Shown here: piece after piece, positions 51,160 through 62,968 of the stretch | Layout of the letters: every line of letters begins with the position of its first letter | Numbering within the stretch: the first letter of the stretch is position 1 | NCBI RefSeq assembly: GCF_001194135.2 | Contig: NC_068984.1 | Location: 38,403,003-38,467,002, forward strand | DNA: 64,000 bases | Source: Octopus bimaculoides | Lineage: Eukaryota | Direction: 5' to 3' | Program-made: the position numbers and the translations under genes | Notes under the pieces: generated by a model | What the model was told of the DNA's origin: nothing | The model's input: the letters and a program-made list of their open reading frames with translations, nothing else | Databases searched by the model: none

Positions 51160-51891
51160 ATGCCCAGAAACTGGAGAAACATGGAATTGTTTTTGAGAGC
51201 CTGACACTGTGCTGAAGGAGATAACCCAAACAACATAATCACAGCTGCACTGAAGAGCAATAGTTACATCAGAACGTTAGCACAGACAGAACGAAAGAAG
51301 CAGGAGTTTACATGCTCCTATGCTCTCATATGATCCCATATCAGCACCCTTGATGCCATCTTTGATAATGAACACAGCAAAGATGACAAGGATGGAGATA
51401 CTGATGCAGATGAAAGATGTCACCCCCACTTGGTAGACACTTAAGAAAACAAAGAAGATTCAAGCAAGAAACCTGCCCGGAAAGTAAACCCAAGTGAAAG
51501 TGCCCCTACCACCATTAAAATGAAAAATCATGGAGGTGAAAGAGCCAAGAAAGAACAACTAAAAGAAGCAAAAACTAAAACAAAAGCAAAAGATGAAATA
51601 GCCAAAGAAAGAAGCAAACCCGACTACCCATATAACAAAAAGGACAGAAAGAGACAGTACACACAAATATGTAAATTTTACTTGAAAGGTGTCTGCTGGC
51701 ATGGAGAGGAAGGTGCAGGCTGCTGTTTTGCACACCAAAGACCCCGCCACATAAACATGAAACAGGGCAGAAACCACCTGCCAAAAGGAAAGGACTATAC
51801 ACCACCTGCCCCAAAACGGAGGTACACAGATGTAGTGCCTGCTTTTGATTTGATAGACAAATCTAATGATAAATTTAATATGCCTTTATAA
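51160..51891 (+). pseudogene. Disrupted ORF with K/E-rich region and CCCH zinc finger (probable LINE ORF1/TE relic or pseudogene)
   Basis: One frame from ATG 51160 to TAA 51891 with stops at 51202 (TGA), 51331 (TGA), 51442 (TAA) and no frameshift; C-x7-C-x8-C-x3-H finger CKFYLKGVCWHGEEGAGCCFAH at 51670-51735. Confidence 0.6.
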
Positions 51892-52740
51892 GATGGTAGG
51901 GTGTGAGAAAGAGTCATGAGCAGTTGTTTGAAGGTTTGTTCATTTGTTTTCACATCCCTTTTTCCATATTAGCATGGATTTGATGATTATACCGAGACAT
52001 TATTTTACATGTCTTTGAAGGTGCAAAGCATGTAGGTGAAACACCACTTTCAGCAAGGAAATTCCATAGAACTCAAATGCAAACATGCATAAGTTTCCTT
52101 CAGTTACCCAAGGTGTCACACAGTGGGAATGAACCCGAGACTCCATGGTTGAGAAGTAAACTTCTTAACCATTCAGCTACACCTGTACATGTACACCAAG
52201 TATGACTTGGGAAAATCTAATTAGACAAGAAGATGACGAAAAGTTGATTCAGGGTTAAGAGAGAGAGAGAGAATGCCAGATCAATTTAAATCATGGTAGA
52301 ATGAATATGGAGACAAAATGAAAACGAAAATGAAGCTGATGATGAAAATAATGATAGCGGTGGTGGTGATGATGGTAGCGGTGGTGGTGGTGGTGATGGT
52401 GAGAAAGAGGAGCAGGATATTTATTACTATTACTCATGGGATTAAATAATTGCCAAGACAAATCAAGCTCTGTAATTGCATCAATCAACCTCACGGTAAC
52501 TTAATGTAAACAGTAGCATCTGAGGAAACTATTGATATGCGTCAACAATTAGAGAGAACGAGCAGCAGTACTTGGTTTGCCTGGGTTTATTAATATCTAA
52601 AATAAATCCTAAAAATAAAATAGCCATTAAACAATCACATGAATTCCCTATATTTTGCATAAATTACTTGGAAAAAAAAAAATACTGGGCAATTTTCATC
52701 TTCAAGAATGATGACTCATTCCAACTTGTTTTATCCATGC

Positions 52741-53116
52741 AGGTTTGGTTGTATGGTTGAGGAGTTATTTCTAGATTACATATTCTGGTTCAGTCTCACT
52801 GTATAGCACTCTGGGCAAATGTCTTCTACTATTAGCTCCAGGCCAACAAAAACCATTGGTAGATGAAAACTGAAAGAAACCCATCGCATATGTGTCTTTC
52901 TGTCTCCTTGTCTTGACATCATGTAATAGTTGTAAATAGTTGTCACGGTCATAAAAACAGTGTCATTCATATCCAATATTTTGCATGAGGAATTACCTTG
53001 CTTAGAAATGGGTGAGGGGTTGGCAAAAGAAAGGATGTCTAGCTGTAGAAAATCATCCTCAATTAACTCCATCTGACCCATGCAAGCATGGAAAAGTGGA
53101 CATTCAAATGGTGATG
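52741..53116 (+). mobile_element. Composite SINE: head type A plus RTE-like 3' tail
   Basis: Type-A head/core, GTCTCCTTGTCTTGACATC body, then GGTGAGGGGTTGGCAA...GCTGTAGAAAATC...CCCATGCAAGCATGGAAAAGTGGAC tail. Same layout at 27497-27790, 58150-59140 (interrupted) and 62251-62968. Confidence 0.8.
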
Positions 53117-53479
53117 TGGTAATTAAAGAAACTGGTTCAAGTTGAGTTCATAAAATTGTGCAAAACTAAATAATAAAATGAACTAATATAGAATCTAAAT
53201 ATAATTTTGTTTTTACATCATCATCATCGCCAGTTAACGTCCCTTGTCCCATGCTGGCATGGGCTGGACATGGACACTTTTGGTTCTACATTTGCATGGA
53301 TGCCCTTCCTTCTGCTTTACAGAATGTACTGGGTACTTTTTTACAAGGCACCAGCATTGGTGAGATTACTATGCAGCTTGCAAGACTACAAGAGAGCAGT
53401 GGCTTCATGCTAAAAGATGAGGTGGGATTAAAGTATGATAGAAATGGCCAGAACAGAATAAGTTCCTTGGTGTAGGGTG

Positions 53480-53830
53480 GCTATTTGCTTACTTACATTT
53501 TGGAAGAGGAGGTGTGAGATGATTGCAGTGGAGCAGGGAAGAGATAAAAATAGTTGTGATGAGGTGTTTGTATGGGTCCTCAAGTGTGGGTGGCTGGAGG
53601 TTACAAGAGAGCATGGACAAGAGATGGGGAATAGTTGAGAGGGTAAATGTAAAAAAATGAAGAACAAGTGTTGAGGGATAGTAAGTAGGGAAAGTAAGGA
53701 AGAGTAGGTGACAACTGTAGAATAGATCAGATAGGGTTGAGGGGTGAATGTAATGTATGGTGGATAACGTGTGTGCAGAGGTGATGATGCACGGAGATGA
53801 AGAGTAGCAAAATAATGATGATAGGGAGGA
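53480..53830 (-). mobile_element. CR1-like LINE 3' relic
   Basis: Minus frame ...PSTLSDLFYSCHLLF...LHFFTFTLS... loosely resembles the CR1 RT terminus; composition like 1200-1850. Confidence 0.35.
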
Positions 53831-56399
53831 AGGAAGGATAAGGGGGAGAGTGAGAGAAAGAGAGAGAGAGAGGGGGGCATGATGATTAGTGGGAGATGTA
53901 TATTTTTTCATATTTTCAGGAAAAATGTGATAGGTTTTTTTCCTTATTTTGGTTTCAAAATTCTGTATTAGTTTACAAAATGAATTCATTTCTAATCAGT
54001 AATTTGTGCTTGGGGACATGCAATATTTTTTCTAGTTTTTCTTAAAATACAGAAAGTATAAATGAAAGGCACATAGCATGTGAACTTCTGAAAATGATGT
54101 TCCCTTATGCAAAATTTCAGTTAGTAAGGTGTGAAACTGCGGCCTATAACTTGGAACATACATACAATCAGTTTTTGTATTAGGATAAACAGTTTAAAAC
54201 TGGAATAAATTGATTTGCAATGCAAAGAAGGAAAGTCTAACATTTTAAGCAAAATTTAGTATTTAGGTAAGCTGATAGTAACAAGTTAACTAAATGAGCA
54301 GGCTGATGATTAAGGGCACAATCAGTCCATTAATATTTTTGTAATATTTGGGACTACATTATCCAATGAGTCCTTTTCTTAAAAATCCACCCTATCATCT
54401 TGAAAAGGGGATAGAGACTAGACAGTCATCCACTTAGTCATTTTATTTCTAGAAACTATACAATGACCACATCACCAACACAACACAACAAAATAAAAGA
54501 AACAAAACACTAGATCCAGAAATATGCTATCAGAAGACTTTGCAGAGATAAACAATCAATACTAAGGGGTACATTTTCCTCACTTTTATCTTTTAATCAG
54601 GAGGGAAGTTAGTACCCATGAGCCTTTACAGGGCTTTTGAGACTGGTAGGAGAGAGGAAGGAAGGTATTATCAAGATGGGGACCTGGCTTAAATGCTTGC
54701 AACAGAGTGAACTCAGCTAAAGGTACCCTAGGTACAAAGTGGTGGTGGTGGTGGTGGTACAACTATGCAATGAATCATGTTTACCATCCAGATAGGCCAT
54801 AGAAGCATTTGAACACAGAATGTAAAGAGCTGGAACAAATACTGCAAGGCATCTACAGTTAGACATTCTTGTAGTTCTGCCAATCTATTGCTCTGGATTG
54901 GTAGTTCTTTTATCAACTCTGACAAGATGAAAGAGTTGATCATAACAGGATTTGAACCCAGAGTGTCAGATGTTAAAACAAATACCAAATTGCTGTCTAT
55001 CTAACACTCTCATGTATGCCAACTCACCATGAAGCTAAGCTTTAAATTTAATATTTATATACATCTGTTAGGAGTTTTAACTAAAAACAAATTTAAGCAG
55101 AAAATCCAATCAATAAAGAAGAAAATATATATATTTAAGTTCAACTAGTTATTATTTGAGGTTATTTGTAATAAAAATATATAACAGGAATGAGTTAAAG
55201 AGAATGGACTGAATTGATTTTTTTTTTCTTATAACTGAACAAGGGAAGCGGAGGCAGATGATCAATTGTGTGTGACAGTGATGTGAAATCAATCACAGCA
55301 CGACAACAGCTGCAGTTGAAAGTGCACAGTTACAACAAACAAAGTTAGAATGTAAGTAAGCAATAAAAAAAAAAAAAAAACTTTGATGTATTTTTTTTTG
55401 CCTGCTTTTTAAGTGAAGTTAAAGCTCACATAGAATGAAAATAAAAGATTTAACAGATAAATGGTAAAATATGAGATAGAAGACTAATGAATTAGAATAG
55501 CCATAACATAAGAAAAGAAAATAACCCTTTGAAAATATTATTGAATGAACATTTTCCAATTAAAATTTTTGTTTTTAGTATAGATTTTAAGTTCATGGTA
55601 TGAATAAATCATTTCTGTGATCTAGCTTAGAGGGTCTTAACTTAGGCTGTAGTGCCCTGCCCTCAAGTAGCACCCTGCTCATGAGGGTGCAGCAAATGTC
55701 AAGAGAGGAGTGTTTACAGGGGGTTAGGATTTTTCTTTCAGCCATGTCAGACCCAAATATTCTACCTGTCTTAGGTTCAAACTGGGCAGATCCAGCCTTT
55801 CACATCTACCCTATAATGTCATTCTAGAAATACACAATCACATCATTGACATCTTAAAGTTATGAGATAATGCAGGATTAATTCCAAACAATATGAATAA
55901 ATAAGCATTACATTTGACAGAATAATCCAAATGCTAAAGGGCCAAACAAGTTACAACATATTTTCAAAACAAATTATTTTTGAAATTAGAATGTGTACAC
56001 TATTGTGATATGAGTAGAAAACATAATTGAATATGTGCCACTATATAGATTCTTGCCTTATTTTGTAATTTAAAAAAAAACCCAGAAAATGACCTGCTTG
56101 TTTATGTCAATGGACTGTGGCTATGCTGGAGCACTACTTTGAAGGATTTAGTTGAATCAATTGCCCCTTGTACTTAGTTTTTTTAAAGTCTAGTATTTAT
56201 TCTATCAATATTTCCTACCAAACTGCTTAGTTATGGAGACATAACCAAACCAACACCAGTTGTGAAATGGTGAGGTTGGCAAATAGACACACACCCAAAC
56301 ACACACACNNNNNNNNNNNNNNNNNNNNNNNNNNNNNNNNNNNNNNNNNNNNNNNNNNNNNNNNNNNNNNNNNNNNNNNNNNNNNNNNNNNNNNNNNNN

Positions 56400-56430
<31 letters not shown>

Positions 56431-58429
56431 AGGGTATCCTGGTTGAGAGACTATATGAAAGCAGGTTCTGAGAGAGAAAAGGTTAGCAATTACTGGCCTA
56501 CCTACGGCTGCAAAATAAATAAAAAGATAGAAAATAATAATCCCTTTTTCTGATGTGTTGTTACTCAAAGCAATATTTAGCCATTATTTGTGCAGCAATG
56601 CTACAAACTATGCTTATATATTTGGAACACTAATTAGATTGGTATTAAGTTAACAAACAGTATTCTGAAGTTATACTTTATCGAATGTTTTCTATGATCT
56701 GTTTTATTGCAAAGAAACTACTTTCAGAATCATATCCCATTCTGTCTGTAACATTCGTTTCCAATAAACAAACTATTTTGATTGCAGTTTAATGAAAGAA
56801 TAATAATGGAAATCATTATCTAGAAATTTAACAACAAACACTACTGCTGCTGCTATTATAGATACTGAGCTTTTGATTTTTATCCATTGGTAAAGTCTGT
56901 TTTGAATTGCTATCAAACAGAACAGCCTCCTCATTTTCTCCGTCCTCATTCCCCACACCTCCGATGTAATAGCTTTGTTACAGGAAAACATAAGCTGAAC
57001 TCATTATCTGTTTGATAACTTTCAGGTAGATGTCATGAGATCAACTTCACTGAAAACAAAGTTTTGAATAATTTCTGGTATCAAACTTTGGCACAATGTC
57101 ATAACAGAAATCTGTGATTTAGCAGTTATTATGATAAACTTCTATAGCACAGGAGTTTTCTTCTTTTTATTTACAGTATAATCATAAAAAGAGGGGTGGC
57201 ATCCACAACTTTTTGGCAGGGGTCTCATGATGGTGGGAAGATGCAAGTTATCCTCATATAGTATTTCCGATCTCAATACTTACAACAGAGCGTACTAAAG
57301 GCATTGAAAAATTAAGTGCTGGTGTTAAACTGAGCAATGGATTAAATCTACTACTCACTGCTCACCAGCGAAGTGACATGTATCTGGAGAGGGTTCCAGT
57401 CATCTCTAGACACAGTCACTTCACTGTATTTGATAGGGTTTGAATTTGTAGATTTTACTTTGAAACTTGATTACTGTAAGTTTCCATGAAAACAAAAAGT
57501 AATTTTTCTGATGTAACAGTCATCTGGTAGTTCACACCAGGACAGTCACTCTCTTAACAGATGAGGAAACATGGTGTGTGAATGGAGTGTTCTACTCCAA
57601 ACTAGACAACATATGCTATGTCATCTAAAACCTCACTTGTTGTCAAAAGCCTCAGAAATGAGTAAGAGTTTGCTTAGTGTAATTGGGAAATAAATAAAAT
57701 TAAAAAACCCAAATTTTGTCTAGTTCCAGATCAGCCCTGATCAAATAGACCTATGATAAAAAGGCACTCCAGACAAGACCATCCTATCTTTTTGTTTTTG
57801 GAGAGTCCATCTAAGTTCCCATTATTTACTGTATTATTTTCAAGCAACAGAGTATAATTTGAGGGGGAACAGCTACTTTTAACAGAGTAGAAGATCATGT
57901 AGGCTCAATAACTAAATAAATTTGAGATTTATAATACAAGTGAGGGACTCCAACTAAACAATATGATTAATAGTTCAATATCTTCAGTGTTTGTATTGAT
58001 TAAGAACATTGTTTAGATAGGACATTAATCATTAACTCTTTAGGTACCATATTTCTAATTACTTATGACTTTCAATTATCTTTGAAAATAATTAAGAATT
58101 TGAAGATATTTAATAAATAAAAAGTTTTTCATTAACTAGTATATTAAGGTGATAGGTGCAGACATGACTGTGATTAAGAAGTTCATTTCCTGGATACATG
58201 GTTTTTGGTCCGGTTACAGTGTGATGTCTTGGCCAGTGTCATTCTACTTTAGCTCCATGCCGACAAAAGCTTTGTAAGTGGATTTGGAAATTGAAAAAAA
58301 CTCATCATATGTGTGTTTTAGTGAGTGCGCATATGTTTGAGCATGTGTATTTGTGTGTGTGTCTGTTTTCAGGTCTCCTTGTCTTGAGATTGCATACTGG
58401 TTGTAAATGAATGCCTCCATTGTATAAAT

Positions 58430-58936
58430 CAGGGGTAGGGAAACTTCTTCCCACAGGCGCAATTGTGCCTGCGAGCTCATTTTATTGTGCCCGCAGGCTG
58501 GTATACTCATATGTACAAAATATAGTAAATTTTTCAATCATAAAATTTATACAATATTCATATACTTATTTGCAACTTAGGTTGAATTTCCACTACGACT
58601 TAAAATGGTCAGAGTTGAGCAGAAATCATCTAATAATTGCCATTTGAATGGAAATTTTGTTTTCACTATGAAACACATATTGCTAGGGTTGTACCACCCC
58701 CTTGAGACCCAACTACACTGTGGCTGAAAAATATTTCATAAGTAATATAAACGTCCTAAATTCAGTGGTGGTGTTAATGAAGATGTTACACGTTAATTTA
58801 ATGTGTCAAACTTGTCTTTATTAATGTATATCAAATTATACATATATATATACAAAAGTTAGAACTTGTGATCTGCCTGTGGACCTTTTTCTTAGGAAAT
58901 TTTTGCCTGCCCCACTAAAAAGTTTTCCCACCCTTG
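58430..58936. mobile_element. hAT-superfamily MITE (507 bp) with 17-bp TIRs and 8-bp TSD, inserted into a SINE
   Basis: Left end CAGGGGTAGGGAAACTT; right end reverse complement CAAGGGTGGGAAAACTT (14/17). TSD GTATAAAT (58422-58429) / ATATAAAT (58937-58944), with central TA as in Buster-type hATs. Confidence 0.88.
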
Positions 58937-61900
58937 ATATAAATGAAAGAGTACTTGTTAACAATCTTCAGTGAAATCACATCAAAGCATTGTGCTGTTT
59001 GTGTTTGAAGGGCTAGAGGACATATTACCTTACTTGGAAACTGGTGAGAGTTGGTATCAAGAAGAGCATCTGATCATAGAAAACCTGTTTCAACAAATTT
59101 TGTCTAACCCATATAGCCATTGGAAAAGTGGACGTTAAAACAATAGTATATTAAGTTGGAGTTTGGAATAAAAAAGGTTCAGGATTTCTCACCTACCACA
59201 TAACCACATGTAGGGAAACAATCTGGAATTTATGTTTAATATGTTAACCACATTCCAGTTCTAAGTTTTCAAGTTCAGTCATAAATATAATACAAGAAAC
59301 AAGATGAAGAATGAATTTAGCACATCATTATTATAAGTTACAATTGTTTCAGTACCACTCTGTTTCTAACACCATTGCATGTAAGTGATTCCATGTGAAA
59401 AGTTATGCAATTGATTATTGGAGAGGCACTTCATCAGTCATTATGTATGACTCCTTGTATAACTTGATTTACTATCCAGGTGGTACTCCTGTATCCTAAC
59501 TCAGATATTTTGAGCATCTCTGCAACTATCCCAGATTAGTAGCATAGTGCTATAGTCTAGCATAGTAGCTGGACTCTCAGTAGGGTCAGTACAAAAGGTA
59601 GCCCCTCTTCACCACATGCATTCTCTACATTCAACATCCTCTCATAGCACTTCCTTGTCATTTTCTTATCTTCCATATCAGTGGCAAATATACCTTCATT
59701 CTGAATACTCTTCTTACCAATGAAATCTCAGATCTCACACACACACACTTGCAATCCTGAACACTTCACACTTTTGATTCTCATGCTGTAAGATGTGCAA
59801 ATCTCTTCCTCTCTGCTTCACCCTCAGCTAAATATAACTGTCACCTACCTGCTCTTCTAGTCACTTGATAATGTTACCTACTATCCACTACCTTCCAGGT
59901 TTATCACGCTCGCTTCTTAGTCTTTACTGTCCTATCAACTGAATTATTCCACTACCATATTTCATTTGGCTTGGTTGGGACTCTGCTCCAGCCAGATGTC
60001 AGCTCAGTGGCCCTGAGCAAATAAGCACACATGTGCATGCACACACACAGTATAACAATGAAAATAACAAAGGTCTTAAAGACTTATAATTAGTTGTTTT
60101 ATGCATTTTTGTATGTTTTAACCAAATAATGATAGATGTCAAAATCTCTAAGTAACTGTCCTGAAAGGATTAACATTCCAAGAAGTAGCTTACTGGTGAG
60201 AATGTAGGGAATTATGATTTATTCTAGTCACAGTCCACTAATTCTCCACTTAAAACTTTCACAGTATTAATGAGACATATTTTAATGAACTGTATTTTCA
60301 TAACCATATATAATTAGAAACAACACTTGAAGTGAAAAATGTCAAGAATTTGTTGCTGTTAGCTTTAGTTCAGCTCATATTGAAAACTTACAATCAAAAG
60401 GCAGACATATAATAAGACATTCCAGCTATGATCATCCCATTTTTTTTTTATATACAGTGTAACTAAGACTACTTTGTCTAATGTATACTTGTTTAATTCT
60501 AGATCAATGCTAATTGAGCAGACATCATGATCAAAAGTATGAGACTATCTAATCTTGTTAGAGATATGTACAGCTCACCCACTTATGCTCTTGTTTGATG
60601 GGACCATCCCAAGTTAGTGGCCCCAGAGGCACCATTGTATAGAGCTGGCCAGCTCCACCAGTACTCCCCATCACTGGCTGTCCCATGCCAGCTCCTCTGC
60701 ATTCCCCATCGGTCCAGAGGCATGCAGCAATCAGTTCTGATGTTGAGCACTCCAGTTTCTTCTGGTCAGTGTCATAGCAAGTTAAGGTTCTTCTGAGCAG
60801 GTTGGTGATCCTCTGCAGAATAGGTGGAAGATGGGGTTACCATCTAGATGATAAGCCAACATGTCACAGGTCACCACTAGTCTGGAACCTCTCTGGAAGA
60901 CTAGCCCACCTAGAGTGTCTCTACTAGAAGCAAAGCTCTTGACAGTAATGCTCTCTCAGATCTACAGAACATGCAAGCTCCCTTTTGACAACAACGCCAA
61001 GCTCAGGAGGTGTACAGCTACTTTATCCAATTTACAATCCAACATATTCAAGATGTTAGTGTATAAATTTAGGGTAATTTGGTTGCTGTTCTTAATATGT
61101 TGAGCAACCGTGTAGTCATGTAACATTTTAACTTACTTCCCACCTGAAAACAGTGACAGAAAATCAATTCAGTAGATTAATTTATACATGTCTATCTCTG
61201 TATACAAAAACTCATTTTATTTACTAGGAGCAGGAGGGTCATACATTTTAGAATAGGGCTATCAGGACTTTGCTGCTGAGACAGCTGTGAGTAAATTCAA
61301 AAAAGTTTACTCTGTGTGTGAGAGCGCGTGTATGAGCGCATGTGAGCATGAGCGTGTGAGAGAGTGAGCACATATGTGAGAGAGCAAGCACGTATGTGTG
61401 AGCGCGTGTGATTGATTGTTAAAAAAAGAACATTGTAGTAAGAGTGCCAATGAAATTGTGCCTAAACAAACTTAAGACGAAAGATTTTCATTTTGGATCT
61501 TTGTAGAGACTTATTAACCAAAATAGCTGATATGGCATTTAACAAGGTATAACTGTTGAACTGAACTTACATAAAAACAAGTTTGGTTTAACATTTCTAC
61601 ATCTAATGCCAAAAATACTTATTCTTTATCTCTGCACTGAAGATTGTTTTCATAGACCAACAACTAACATTTTAAGCACTTAGTGACACTTCTACAAGAT
61701 ATCTAAATCTAAATGTAGGATCCTTTACAATAACGGTCTTGTATGATCAAAGATCACTCAACAATTTCTTGAGTGACCTTTGGCATGATTAATTCTATAT
61801 GCAATTATGCAAAATAAATTACATCGGGGAAAAGAACTTGATGTATAAACAAATGCATTCAGTAAACAGAACAAACTGAAATATGAACAATAAAACATTT

Positions 61901-62250
61901 GTCAGTGAAGAGAAGGTTTTTTTTTTTTTTAACAGGGACCTATAAACCTGGTTTAACAGATAAAGATAATATTGGGGGTGGGTCATCTTTTAAAAAAATT
62001 AAATGGTTTTATAAGTTTTTGTATGAAGGAAATTTAATTTTCACTGAAATAGTAACCTCAGAACAATAAGAGAAATTTGAAATCATAGATGAAAATTATT
62101 ATAATTAAAGTGTTAACGAATGGTCATAGATAATTTCAAGGATTTGACTACAGGTGATATTTTATATAAATTGGATATGTTATTCTTTTTAGTATATTTA
62201 AGTTGAATAAACAGAAAGCATGTGAAAAGTAGACAAAAAATAAAATACAA

Positions 62251-62968
62251 GAGATGTAGATGTGTGGTTAAAGAGTTTGCTTCTCAACCATGTGGTTTCA
62301 AGTTCAGTCTCATTGCATTTCACTTTTGACAAGTGCCTAATACTATAGCCCCAGGCTGACCAAAGCCTTGGGAATCTATTTGGTAGGTGGAAATGGAAAG
62401 GAGCCAGTTGTGTGTGCACGTGCACACATGTGAGAATGTGAGCATGCGCACATGCAAGTGTGTGCGTGTGCACAAGAGAGAGTATGTGTGTGCATGAGAG
62501 AGTGTGTGTGTGTGTGTGTGCATGCTAGAGAGAAAGAGAGTGTGTGTGCATGTGTGCGAGTGTGTGTGTGTACGAGAGTGTGTGTGTACGAGAGTGTGTA
62601 TGTGTGCGTGTGCAAGTGTGCATGTGTGTGCATGCGTGTGCATGAGTATGCGTGTGTGTGTGTGTGTATGCGAGTGTGCTAGAGTGTGTGTGTGTGCAAG
62701 TGTGAGTGTGCGTGCTAGAGTGAGTGTGTGTGCCAGTGTGTCCATCCTAGTCTTAATATCTCATGATGGCAGTAAACATGCATTATCATCATACAAGGGA
62801 TATTGCTTCCATAACAACATGTCTAGCCATGGAAAAATATTACCTTGATTGAAAATAGGTGAGAGTTGGTAACACGACAGGCATCTTGCCATAAAGAAAT
62901 CTCTCTCAATGAATCCCATCTGACTCGTGCAAGCATGGAAAAGTGGACATTGAAACAATAATGATGAT
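62251..62968 (+). mobile_element. Composite SINE with internal (GT)-type microsatellite expanded to about 335 bp
   Basis: Head 62251-62404, degenerate GT/GAGT/GCGT array 62405-62740, body and RTE-like tail ending ATGATGATAA. Confidence 0.85.

Noticed and set aside
51202-51333. In-frame TGA codons as selenocysteine
   Set aside because: A TAA also interrupts the frame, no SECIS was recognised, and the context is not redox-like.
52291-52494. Poly-His ORF
   Set aside because: Translation of a (GGT/GAT)n simple repeat.
55670-55690. GCACCCT-GCTCATG-AGGGTGC hairpin as a Helitron 3' end
   Set aside because: No CTRR terminus at the expected distance.
62198-62848. His/Thr- and Cys/Val-rich ORFs
   Set aside because: Translations of the (GT)n-type array inside a SINE.
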